Origin: an uncultured Gemmatimonadales bacterium
GTDB lineage: Bacteria > Gemmatimonadota > Gemmatimonadetes > Longimicrobiales > Gaopeijiaceae
Reading direction: 5' to 3'
Assembly: GCA_963823035.1 (NCBI GenBank)
Contig: CAWGKG010000023.1
Span: 160,001 to 224,000 of the forward strand
DNA length: 64,000 nt
This document shows, piece after piece, positions 10,315 to 20,744 of this stretch (positions within the stretch are counted from its first letter, which is position 1; each line of letters starts with the position of its first letter). The notes beneath the pieces are model-generated. The model did not search any database and was not told the DNA's origin. It saw only the letters and a program-made list of their open reading frames with translations. The translations under genes were made by a program, and so were the position numbers.

Positions 10315-12452
10315 ATGCCCCTTCGTCGCCTCGCCCTCCTGCTCACGGCCGCCGCGCTCGCGGCAGGCTGTTCGGACGAAGTCGCCCTTCCGGCGGTCAG
10401 CCCGGTGGACGGCCTGGCCTTCGCGCAGCTCCGGGACTTCCAGGCGTACCGCTCCTCGAGCGACAACCCCGACTCCACGAGCAACGACGACAGCGCGCGG
10501 CCGATCCCCGGCGAGACCACGGTGCTCGCCGACCTGGAGGGCCCCGGCGTCATCAGCCACATCTGGCTGACCGTGGCGGGCAACGAGTACGGCTGGCCCC
10601 GGCTGCTGCGGCTGCGGATCTACTACGACGGAAGCGACGTGCCCAGCGTGGACGCGCCGGTCGGCGACTTCTTCGCGGTGGGTCACGGGATGGAGCGGAC
10701 CGTGAACTCGCTCGTGATCCGCAACTCGTCGAGCGGCCGGTCGCGCAACTCCTACTGGCCGATGCCCTTCCGCAAGTCGGCCAGGGTGACGATCACGAAC
10801 GAAGGCACGCGCCGCCTCTACAACCTCTACTACCACGTGGACTGGCAGAAGCACGACAAGCTCCCGGCGAACACCGGCTACTTCCACGCCCGCTACCGGC
10901 AGGCGCTTCCGCCGCCCCAGGGCGACTGGTACGACTTCCTGCGCGTCCGTGGCCGTGGCTTCTACGTGGGCACCGTGCTCAACGCCCTTCAGGTCGCTCC
11001 GGGTTGGTTCGGGGAAGGCGACGACCTCTTCTACGTGGACGACGACCCCGTTCCGGTCATCATGGGCACCGGCACCGAGGACTACGCGAACGACGCGTGG
11101 AGCTTCCGCGTGGGTGAGGGGCCCTACGCCGGCGTGACCGTCGCCGACGGGACGGAGACCGGCGCGCGCATGACCGCCTACCGCTGGCACCTGAACGACC
11201 CGATTCCCTTCCGCACGTCGCTGCGCGCTTCGATCGAGCACGCCGGCTGGACCTTCGACGACGACGGCGCGGTGCGCTCCGCCTTCGAGGAGCGCCCCGA
11301 CTTCTTCAGCTCCGTGGCCTACTGGTACCAGGACGGCATCGCCACCGACCAGCCCGAACCGCCCTACGGCGCGGCGCGGCTCCCGCAGGGCAACGCCCTC
11401 CAGATCGAGATCGAGAAGTACGTCGACGATGCGCGGGCCACGGGGGGCAGGCTCGAGGTCCAGCCCGAGGTGTTCTGGGGGAAGGACCTCCTCTTCATGG
11501 ACGCGCGCGGGCCGGGGTCCCGCCTCGACGTCCCGCTCGACGTCCCCGAGGACGGGCGCTACGAGTTGATCGCGCAGATGGCACAGGCGCCCGACTACGG
11601 GATCTACTCCGTGTTGATCGACGGGGGCGGGCCGGGGTGTCCGGACAGGTCGAGCACGAGCCGGGCGCCAACGTCGGCGCGGGATTCACCCTGGACGGCT
11701 GGTTCACCGAGGTGTTCGTCGGGGAGGACCGCGTGCTCGCGTGGCCGACGCTCACCGCGGGGCGCCACACCGTGTCGTTCCTGTGCGTCGGCAAGAACGC
11801 GCAGTCCACCGGATACAACCTCGGCATCGACGGCCTGGTGCTCGCCCGTGTGGCGGGCTCGGGCGGCTTCGCGCCGAAGGACTCGGCGACGATGACCGAC
11901 CCCGCGGACCGGCTGCGCCGCCTCGGGAACCGGGGGCCGCGTGCGGCCGACGAGATGGACGCCGTCCTCGCAGGATTGCGCGACGCGACTCCGGACGTCC
12001 GCCGCGCCGCCGCGTGGGTCTTCACGCAGATGGGTGAAGCGGCTGCCCCCGCGACCGACGCGCTGGGGAGCGCGCTCGACGACGACGATCGCATCGTGCG
12101 CGGGCTCGCGGCCATCGCCCTCCGTCACGTGCGGGAGGTCGGCCCGGCGGAAGGTGACGCCCTCCTCGCCCACCTGCGCGACCAGGACGAGAACGTGCGC
12201 ATGGTGGTCGCGAACGCGATCGCCGCGCACCCCGACGTCGCGCGGCGCGGCATGGCCCAGCTCATCGCGGCCGCGCAGGTGCGGGGCGAGCACCGCCACG
12301 TGCTCCGCAGCGTCGCCACCGCCCTCGGCGCGATCGGCCCGGACGCCCGGGAGGCGATTCCCGCCCTGGAGGCACTGGCCGCGGAGCCGCTCATCCGCTG
12401 GCAGGCGGCCGCCGCGCTGCGTTCGATCCGGGGCGAGGACAGAGCACGGTAG
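10315..12452 (+). CDS. DUF2961/GH172-family glycoside hydrolase lipoprotein with C-terminal HEAT repeats (frameshift near 11630)
   Basis: Lipobox LAAGC; LEGPGVISHIWLT, APVGDFF, NSYWPMPF, WFGEGDD, GTGTEDY and YRWHLNDPIPF; HEAT repeats (VRRAAAW, VRGLAAIAL, ALGAIGP). Confidence 0.8.
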
Positions 12453-12496
12453 CGCGGCGGCGCCCGCCCGCTCCATCTTCCCTGCGTTCGGCGGAC

Positions 12497-12523
12497 TGTC
12501 CACGCCGGGCCCCCATCCTTCGC
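12497..12523 (+). promoter_or_regulatory. Candidate ECF promoter, copy 1 (TGTCCACG-N14-TTCGC)
   Basis: The same bipartite motif recurs at 16136-16161. This copy lies upstream of the kinase-ECF pair. Confidence 0.4.
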
Positions 12524-12632
12524 TTCCATGGGAAGGACCCGGATCGTCGTGCCGGGCGTGCCGGGGCCGTGGTGTACTTCGGCACCCGCCGGACGACACG
12601 CCCCCCCGCCGAACCGGATCCGGGAGGCACCT

Positions 12633-15399
12633 ATGGAGCCGAGCACCTGGGAACGACTCGAATCCGTCTTCTTCGAGGCGCTCGCCCTCGATCCGGAGGA
12701 TCGGGGTGCGTTCATCGAGCGCGCCTGCGCCGGCGACGCCGCCCTGCGCGCGGAGGTGGAGGCGGTCCTGGCCTCCCATCTCGCCATGGAGGGAAGCGAG
12801 CCCGAAGAGGTGCCGACCGATCGCAAGGTCGGGTCCCGGGTCGGCGCCTACCGCCTCGAGGCGCTGATCGGACGGGGGGGGATGGGCGAGGTCTACCGCG
12901 CCCGCCGCGCCGACGATGTCTACGAGCAGGAAGTGGCCGTGAAGATCGTGCGCTCGGGGCTGCCGCCGGCCGAGATGGTGCGGCGCTTCCGCCTCGAGCG
13001 CCAGATCCTCGCGCGCCTCGAGCATCCCAACGTGGCGGCACTCCTGGACGGCGGCGTCACCGAGGAGGGCCAGCCGTATCTGGTGATGCAGTATCGTGCA
13101 CGGGGCGCCGATCACCGACTACGTGGACCTGCACCGCCTGCCCGTCGCGGACCGCCTCCGCCTCTTCGTCACCGCGTGCCGGGCCGTGCAGTTCGCGCAT
13201 GCGAACCTCGTCATCCACCGCGACATCAAGCCGTCGAACATCCTGGTCACCGACGACGGGCGCGTGCGGCTGCTGGACTTCGGCATCGCCAAGCTCATCG
13301 ATCCGGAGGGGACGGACGGCGCCCTTCCGACCGAGAGCCTCCTCCTGCTCACGCCCGAGCATGCCGCGCCCGAGCAGTTTCTCGGCACGCCGGTCACGAC
13401 CGCCACCGACGTCTACCAGCTCGGCGTGCTGCTCTACGAGCTGCTCACGGGCGAGCGCCCCTTCCGGGCCGGCTCCACCCTCGAGCTGCACCGCGCCATC
13501 TGCGAGCAGGAGCCCCCGCGGCCGAGCACCGTGCTCGGACGGTCTGCCGCGGCGGGGACCGAGGCGGACGACACCGTCGCCGTGGCCGACGCGGCGCGCG
13601 TGCGCGCCACCACGCCGTCCGGCCTGCGCCGGCAGCTCCGAGGCGACCTGGACCGCATCGTCCTCAAGGCGCTGCGCAAGGAGCCGGAGCGCCGGTACGG
13701 GTCGGCCGCCGAGCTCGCCGACGACATCGAGCGCCACCTCGAAGGCTACCCCGTCGAGGCCAGGCCGGAGAGCTTCGGGTACGTGGCCGGGCGCTTCGTG
13801 CGCGAGCGCCACCTCGAGGGCTACCCGGTCGAGGCCAGGCCGGAGAGCTTCGGGTACGTGGCCGGGCGCTTCGTGCGCAGGCACCGCCTGGCCGTCGCCG
13901 CCGGGGTGGCGCTGGCGGCCTCGATGGTCGCACTGGTGGTGACGTCGCTACGGTTCGCCTCGACGACGTCGAAGCAGGCCGAGGCCATCACCGCGGAGCG
14001 GGACGTGGCCGTGGAGGTCTCGACCTTCCTCGAGAACCTCTTCGAGGCGAGCGATCCCTTCGAAGGCGGACCCGAGCGGCGCGACACCCTCCGCATCCGC
14101 GACTTCTTCGACGAGGGCGTGCAGCGGGTGCGCACGGGGCTGCAGGGCCAGCCCCTGGTGCAAGCGCGGCTCTTCACGACCTTCGGGAAGGCGTACCGCA
14201 ACCTCGGCCGCTTCGACGAGGCACAGCCGCTGCTGGAGGACGCGGTCGCGATCCGGGTGCGCGATGCGGGCCCGAACTCGCCGGAGCTCGCGGAGAGCCG
14301 GACCGCCCTCGCGCAGCTCTTCGCCGCGAAGGGGGAGTACGACGAGGGCCGAGCCGCTCCTGGACTCGAGCGTGGCTGTCTTCGCCCGCGACTCGGCCAC
14401 CCACGCGCGCGCTCTGGCGGGCTCGATCGACGTCCTCGGGAACCTCTACCAGGACCAGGGCCGCTATCCCGAGGCGGAGGCGGCGTACCGGCGGTCGCTC
14501 GCGATCTCGGAGGCCGCCGGGCCGGATGACGGTACGCGCGCCCAGCATCTTTCGAACCTGGCCACGGCCTCGGCCGGCAGGCGAAGCTGGACGAGGCGGA
14601 GGCGCTCCTGCGCCAGGCGGTCGAGGCCGCGCGCGCGCGGTTCGGCAACGAGCACCCGACCACCGCGACCATGCTCAACAACCTCGGGAACGTGCTGGGC
14701 GACGAGAGGAAGCTCGACGAAGCCGAGGAGGCGCTGCGCGAGGCCCTCGCCATCCGGCGCGCGCGCTTCGAGCCGCCGCACCCGGACCTGGCGGTCTCGG
14801 TCAACAACCTCGGCGACCTCCTGCTGCAGAAGGGGGACGCCGCGGGCGCGGTAGCGCTCTTCCGGGAGAGCCTGGAGATGCGCAGGGCGCTGTACGGCGA
14901 ACGGCACCCCGCCGTCGCGATCGGGCTGATCAACGTCGCGACCGCCGTCGCGCGGCTCGACCCGGGCCGTCGGGACGAAGCCGTGCCCCTCTTCGAGGAG
15001 GCGCGTGCCATCCTGCTCGCCACGGTGGGTCCCGAACATCCGCTCGTGGGCGCCGTCGACAGCAACTTCGGACGGCTGGAGCACGACCTGGGCCACCACG
15101 AGCGAGCTCTCGAGTTGCTTCGCGACGGCCTCGCCGTGGACCGGAAGCGGTACGACGCGACCCACCCGCGCGTGCTGGGCGGGCTCAGCGACATCGGCCG
15201 CTGCCTCACCGACCTCGGCCGCTACCCGGAGGCCGAGGCGGCCCTCCTGGAGGCCTACGCGGGCCTGGAGCCGCAGCGCGACAACCAGCCACGCATCTGG
15301 GACGGCCTTCTCGTGCGCCTGGCGGCGCTGTACCGCGCCATGGGACGGGAGGAGGAGGCGAAGCGGTACGAAGCCATGCGCACACCCGGGGCGCCGTGA
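12633..15399 (+). CDS. Membrane Ser/Thr protein kinase with extracytoplasmic TPR repeats (frameshifts near 13095, 14350, 14575)
   Basis: GRGGMGEVY, VAVK, LEHPN, HRDIKPSN, DFG, TPEHAAPEQ, DVYQLG, DLDRIVLKAL; a TM helix; TPR repeats with the HP...NNLG pattern. Confidence 0.9.
13729..13878 (+). repeat. In-frame 75-bp tandem duplication (2 copies) in the kinase gene
   Basis: 13729-13803 and 13804-13878 both encode ERHLEGYPVEARPESFGYVAGRFVR. They differ only at two synonymous sites (GAA/GAG, CCC/CCG). Confidence 0.95.
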
Positions 15400-15514
15400 G
15401 CGCGCCGCCCCGACGGTCGGCGAAGGCGCATCGCCGCGTTCCGCTTGCGCTGGCCCGGAGTTTGCTGCATCCATCGCTACCCTCCCCCGGGTGTCGACCC
15501 ACTCGGAACCCCCG

Positions 15515-16108
15515 ATGTCTGACGACGGACTCACCGACTGGTTGACCCGCCTGCGCGACGGCGACGGCGACGCGCTCGATCGGCTCCTTCCCATCGTCTA
15601 CGACGAGTTGCGGTCGCTCGCGCGCGCCCAACTGCGGAACGAGAACCCCGGACACACGCTGGGCGCGACCGCGCTGGTGCACGAAGCCTATCTGCGGCTG
15701 TCCCGCCGCCACGAGATCGACCCCCACGACCGCGCCCACTTCTTCGCCATCGCGGCGCAGTCGATGCGCCGCGTCCTGATCGACCACGCGCGCATCCGCG
15801 GGGCCCAGAAGCGGGGCTCCGGCAAGGTCGCGCTCTCGCTCGAGCACGCAGGGGCCCTACTCGAGGACGACGGCTCCGAGGAGCTGCTCATCATCGACGA
15901 TGCCCTCGAGCGCCTCGCGCACGCGAATCCCCGCGCGGCGCAGGTGGTGGAGCGCCGCTTCTTCGCCGGGCTCACGCTCGACGAGACGGCGGAGACGCTC
16001 GGTGTCTCGAAGAAGACGGTGCAGCGCGACTGGATGCTGGCGCGCGCCTGGCTGCAGAAGGAGATCGGCCGCGGTTCCTCCGAGAGGGCACGCGCCGCCG
16101 GAGCCTGA
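15515..16108 (+). CDS. ECF sigma factor of the kinase-associated type (ECF43-like)
   Basis: LLPIVYDELR, GHTLGATALVHEAYL, DRAHFFAIAAQSMRRVLIDHAR, QKRG, VVERRFFAGLT, TVQRDWMLARAWL. Confidence 0.9.
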   Translation: MSDDGLTDWLTRLRDGDGDALDRLLPIVYDELRSLARAQLRNENPGHTLGATALVHEAYLRLSRRHEIDPHDRAHFFAIAAQSMRRVLIDHARIRGAQKRGSGKVALSLEHAGALLEDDGSEELLIIDDALERLAHANPRAAQVVERRFFAGLTLDETAETLGVSKKTVQRDWMLARAWLQKEIGRGSSERARAAGA

Positions 16109-16135
16109 CGCCGGGCCCAACCCCACCCCCTCTTT

Positions 16136-16161
16136 GTCCACGTTCGTCAAGGTCTTTCGCC
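16136..16161 (+). promoter_or_regulatory. Candidate ECF promoter, copy 2 (TGTCCACG-N13-TTCGC)
   Basis: Lies just after the sigma gene and 45 bp before the oxidoreductase ATG; matches the motif at 12497. Confidence 0.4.
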
Positions 16162-16206
16162 GTGGATTCCGTACGCGCGCGAACGACGAACGGACCAGGG
16201 GGGGCC

Positions 16207-17597
16207 ATGACGCGGATCGGCATCATCGGTGCAGGGCCGGGAGGCCTGATGACGGCCTACCTCATCGCCCGCCGCTACGGGGACGACTGCACGGCCACCG
16301 TCCTGGAGGCCTCTGCCCGCCCCGGCGGCAAGCTGATGACGCGCACCTTCGCCTCGGCCCCCGTATCCTACGAGGCGGGAGCGGCCGAGCTGTACGACTA
16401 CAGTGCCCTGGGCGACGATCCCTGCGCAGGCTCGTGGACGACCTCGGGGTCCGCACGCGACGCATGAACGGCAAGACCGTGCTCTTCGACGGTCACGTTC
16501 TGCGCGACGAGGCCGACATCGCCCGACACCTGGGCGAGGGCACCCTCGCCGCGATCCGAGGCTTCTACGATCGGGCCGCGGCCTCCCTCCCGATCGAGTG
16601 CTGGCATCCGGGGGACCGGCGGAACGACAACGCACACCCCTGGGCGGAGCGGACCTGCGAACGGCTGCTGGACACCGTGGCAGACCCGGTGGCGCGACGG
16701 TACCTGAAGGTCGTCGTCCATTCGGACCTCGCCACCGAACCGCACCTGACCACCGGCCTCAACGGGTTGAAGAACTTCGTGATGGACCTCCCGGGATACG
16801 TCGATCTGCACGCCGTGGAGGGCGGCATCACCCGACTCGCGGAGGCGCTCGTCGCCCACCTCCCGACCACCGAGATCCTCTGCGACGCGCGCGTGGCCGG
16901 CGTCGAGCGGTCCGGCGACGGGACGTGGCGGGTACGCTACTGGCGAGGAGGGGACATCCACGACCGTACGTTCGACGTGGTCGTGCTGGCGCTGCCCGCG
17001 AGCCAGCTCGACAGCATCGAATACTCCGGAACGGCCCTCCGCCGCGCGATGCGCGCCCACATCGCCCGCTTCGACCGTCCGGGACACTACCTGCGGGTGT
17101 CCATGCTCTTCCGATCACCCTTCTGGCATGAGGCGATCTCGGGGTCGTGGTTCATGGTCGACGCGTTCGGCGGTGCGTGCGTCTACGACGAGAGCGCCCG
17201 CTACGACGCCGGGGGGTAGGGGTGTTGGGGTGCCTCCTGGCGGGCAGCAATGCTCTGTCCATGGCGAGCGTCGACGAGGGCGCCCTCGTCCGCCACGTCC
17301 TGGATGCCCTTCCACCCACGCTGCGCCGCAGTGCCGTCGAGCGCTTCATGGAGGCGCGCGTGCATCGGTGGTGTCGCGGCGTGAGCCGCAGCGGCGGGCT
17401 CCCCCTGGCGACGCGAGACGCACCGCCCGGACTGGAGAGGCTGCCGGGCCTCCCGACCGTAGGGGCCTACCTCTTCGACTCGACGCTCAACGGCGTCTAC
17501 CAGTCCGCGGACGTCGCGACGTCCCTCCTGTCTGCGCACATGCTCGCCGGCACCGCCGTACGGGCGCGTGAGCGGCGCGTGGAGCCGGGCCGTCTAG
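16207..17597 (+). CDS. FAD-dependent oxidoreductase (flavin amine oxidase-like); frameshifts near 16425 and 17215; 3' end uncertain
   Basis: IGIIGAGPGGL, LEASARPGGKL, YEAGAAELY, VEGGITRLAEAL, FDVVVLALP and C-terminal VGAYLFDSTLNGVYQSA. Confidence 0.75.
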
Positions 17598-17613
17598 CCC
17601 GGCCCGGGCGCCG

Positions 17614-18363
17614 CTACCGGGCGTGGAGGTCGTTGGCCGTTCTCGCCGCGTCCTGCAGGAGGCGCGCGCGCCCGGGGTCGAGGGGTAGGTCCTGGCCCGA
17701 TACGCGCACGCTCGGCGGAAGCGTCCGCGGGTCCGTTCCGGAGAGCTGCTCGAAGATCACCAGCGCGGCGAGGTAGGTCCCCTGCAGGCCGGGGTGGAAG
17801 CCGTCCGGTCCGTAGAGGGGCAGGTCGGGGTCGGACGCCCAGGCGACGCGCCAGGCCTCGCCCGCGGGGAAGAAGTAGCCGTCGACGTCCTCCGCGGCCG
17901 TGCGGTACGCGTCGAGCACGCCGTCGAAGTCGAAGTCGCGGTCGTTCGCCGGCCAGACCATGAAGAGCCCCGGTCGGCCGCCTCCGGCGCGGATACGCTC
18001 CGCGAAGAGCGCGCTGTACGCGAGGAGGGAGGGTCGGCCCTCCGTCGCCGACGGCCCCTGCTGGAGGATCACCACGTCCCACCCGCCCGCGTCGATGCGC
18101 TCCAGCGCGTCGCCGCCCGCCCAGTGGTCCTCGAGGCCCCACCCCGGATACGCGACCGACGCCACGTGGACGTCGTTCCGTCCGGAGGCCTCGAAGAGGC
18201 TGAGCACCATGCCCGGGAGGTCGTTCGTGTAGGTGAGGCTGTTGCCCACGAAGAGCACCGAGAACGTGTCGGCCGGGGGCCCGAGCGGGTCACCGCCGCA
18301 AGCCGCCAGGATGGGCAGGGTGGAGGCGAGAATCCCAGCCAGCAGGAGCGTCCGGGTGGCCAC
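17614..18363 (-). CDS. SGNH/GDSL-like hydrolase lipoprotein
   Basis: Lipobox LAAC; VLFVGNSLT, WDVVILQQ and DGFHP. Confidence 0.75.
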   Translation of the reverse strand: MATRTLLLAGILASTLPILAACGGDPLGPPADTFSVLFVGNSLTYTNDLPGMVLSLFEASGRNDVHVASVAYPGWGLEDHWAGGDALERIDAGGWDVVILQQGPSATEGRPSLLAYSALFAERIRAGGGRPGLFMVWPANDRDFDFDGVLDAYRTAAEDVDGYFFPAGEAWRVAWASDPDLPLYGPDGFHPGLQGTYLAALVIFEQLSGTDPRTLPPSVRVSGQDLPLDPGRARLLQDAARTANDLHAR

Positions 18364-18494
18364 CCGGGCGTGTCTCGGCGTGAGGTCATGGAGCTTGCTC
18401 GCCTGTCATGCAATCCACTCGCAGGAGCCGTCGTACTGCCCATCATTCGTAGGCATCGAGCACGCATTGCACATCGAACCGTGACAGAGCCGGC

Positions 18495-19835
18495 ATGCGT
18501 TCATCCGTCCCCGTGGTCGTCCTCTTCCTGGTCGCCTCCCTCGCGGCGGGCCCGACCCGTGCCGCCGGGCAGCTCGCGGAGCGCGTCGAGGAGGGCCGGC
18601 GCCTCGAACAGGCCGCACGGGAGGCCGCCGAGCAGGGCTCCAACGCGGAGTACCTGAAGCTGATCCGGGAGGCCGTCTCGCTCAGGCCGCACCATCCGTA
18701 CCTCCTCTATCGGCTGGCCGACGCGCACGCCCTCGCGGGAGACGCCACGGCGGCGCTCGACGCGCTCACCCGTGTCGCGGAGATGGGCATCGCGGTGTCG
18801 CCGGGCGACGAGCCGGACTTCGCGGCCCTGGCCGGGGACGCGGGCTTCCGGGATCTGCTTCGCCGCTTCGAGCGGAACGCCGGTCCGATGGGCGACGGCG
18901 AGGTGGCCTTCCGGGTCGAAGAGGAGGCGTTCCTTCCGGAGGGCATCGCCTACGACCCGCGCGACGGCGCCTTCCTCCTCGCATCCGTGCACCGCAAGGC
19001 CGTGGCGCGCATCGTGGGCGACGCCCCGCCGCGCCTCCTCCCCGTCGACGACGTGCTCAGCCCGATGGGGATGGTCCTCGATCCAGCGCGCGGGATCCTG
19101 TGGGTGGCCGCGTCCGCCGTGGCGGAGGGGGCGGGAACGGACTCCACGCGCTTCGGCACGGCCGCCGTCCTCGCCCTCGATCCCGCCACGGGCGCGCGTA
19201 TCGGAACGTGGGCCGCCCCCGAGGACGGGAACCGCCACCTCTTCGGGGACCTCGCCCTCGCGGCGGACGGCTCCATCGTCGTCTCGGATTCGTGGGCTCC
19301 GGGCCTCTACCGCCTGGATCGCCCCGAAGGCGAGCTGCGGGCCGTGCCTCTCTCCGAACCGCTGCTCTCCCCGCAGGGCGTGACGTTCGCGGACGACGGG
19401 GCGACCGTCTTCCTCGCCGACTACGCCCTCGGCGTCCTGCACGTCGACCTCGCGAGCGGGGAGGTGGCGGCCCTCGACTACCCCGCGGACCGGACGCTCC
19501 TCGGCGTGGACGGCCTCTACCTCGCGCGCCCCGGTACGCTCGTCGCGGTACAGAACGGCGTCGCCCCGACCCGCGTCGTGCGTCTCCGACTGGGCCCGGG
19601 GGGGCGCGTCGTGGACGAGGTCACGACGCTGGAGGCGGGCCATCCCCTGCACGACGATCCGACCCTGGGCGTGGTCGTGGGCGACACGTTCTTCTACGTC
19701 GCGAACGGCCAGTGGTCGAAGTTCGCCGCCGACGCGGCCGGAGATACGTCCGTGGCCCCGCCCGTGGTCCTCGAGCTTCCCCTGGGGACGTCCTCCGGTG
19801 GCGGCCGTCTGTTCGGCGCGGGCGACGCGCGGTAG
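18495..19835 (+). CDS. Secreted protein with an N-terminal TPR-like region and an SMP-30/gluconolactonase-like beta-propeller
   Basis: Signal peptide; PEGIAYDP, GDLALAADG, SPQGV and GVDGL blade motifs. Confidence 0.7.
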   Translation: MRSSVPVVVLFLVASLAAGPTRAAGQLAERVEEGRRLEQAAREAAEQGSNAEYLKLIREAVSLRPHHPYLLYRLADAHALAGDATAALDALTRVAEMGIAVSPGDEPDFAALAGDAGFRDLLRRFERNAGPMGDGEVAFRVEEEAFLPEGIAYDPRDGAFLLASVHRKAVARIVGDAPPRLLPVDDVLSPMGMVLDPARGILWVAASAVAEGAGTDSTRFGTAAVLALDPATGARIGTWAAPEDGNRHLFGDLALAADGSIVVSDSWAPGLYRLDRPEGELRAVPLSEPLLSPQGVTFADDGATVFLADYALGVLHVDLASGEVAALDYPADRTLLGVDGLYLARPGTLVAVQNGVAPTRVVRLRLGPGGRVVDEVTTLEAGHPLHDDPTLGVVVGDTFFYVANGQWSKFAADAAGDTSVAPPVVLELPLGTSSGGGRLFGAGDAR

Positions 19836-19878
19836 TCTTGCCCTCGACCCGAGCCACGCCCCCTCGACCCGTCAGGCC

Positions 19879-20659
19879 ATGAACCGTCTCCTCGCCTCCG
19901 TCGTACTCGCCTCCGCCCCCCTGACGGTCGCATGCGGCGGGGGCACGGAGCGCGCGGCCGCCCCCGAGATCACCAGCGGCGAGGACCTCGTACGCGCGAT
20001 GCACGACCGCTACCAGGACAGCTGGTACCGGACGCTGAGGTTCCGCCAGACCGTGGTGCGCACGGCGCCCGACGGCTCCCGCCTCCCGGACGCGGTCTGG
20101 CTCGAGCACCTCGAGATCCCGGCCATGCTGAGGATCGATCAGGCGACCGACTACGACGGCAACGGCGTCCTCTACGTGGGCGACAGCATCTTCGTCTTCC
20201 AGGAGGGCGGCGCTCGCGCGCCGGGCCGCCCAACGCAACGCGCTCCTCGTTCTCGGCTTCGACGTGTACCGGCAGCCGGTGGCGCGTACCATGTCCGTCC
20301 TCGCCGAGGAGGGCTTCGACCTCTCCGTGGTGCGCACCGACCGGTGGCAGGACCGCTCCGTCTACGTGGTCGGCGCCCCGGAGGGCGACCTGCACACGGC
20401 GCAGTTCTGGGTGGACGCCGAGCGCCTGGTGTTCGTGCGCCTCCTGCACCCCGCCGGTCCCGCGGGAGCAAGCACCCAGGACGTGCGCTTCGACGAGTAC
20501 CGTCCCCTCGCGGACACCTGGATCTCCCCGGTGGTCCGCTTCCTCGTGGACGACACGGAGGTCATGCGCGAGGAGTACTTCGACATCGAGGCCGACCCCA
20601 CCCTCCCCGAGGGCCTCTTCGACCCGGAGCGCTGGGCCGAAGCCGGAGGGCGGCGGTAG
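19879..20659 (+). CDS. Hypothetical lipoprotein, possibly LolA-like fold (frameshift near 20215)
   Basis: Lipobox VAC; AMHDRYQDSWYRTLRFRQ, continuing in the next frame with QFWVDAERLVFVR and PTLPEGLFDP. Confidence 0.6.
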
Positions 20660-20744
20660 CCGGACCGCTTCCGCACGCAAGACTTCGGCGGGGGGTGCGT
20701 ATGTCGGCGTACATCCGTCCCATCCGCACGCTGCGAGGCCCTCC

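Noticed and set aside
13729..13878. Tandem repeat as a CRISPR array
   Set aside because: Two abutting coding copies with no spacers and no cas genes.
12528..15545. 1005-aa ORF as a single intact protein
   Set aside because: Only its first part is the kinase N-lobe; the rest is off-frame read-through after an indel.
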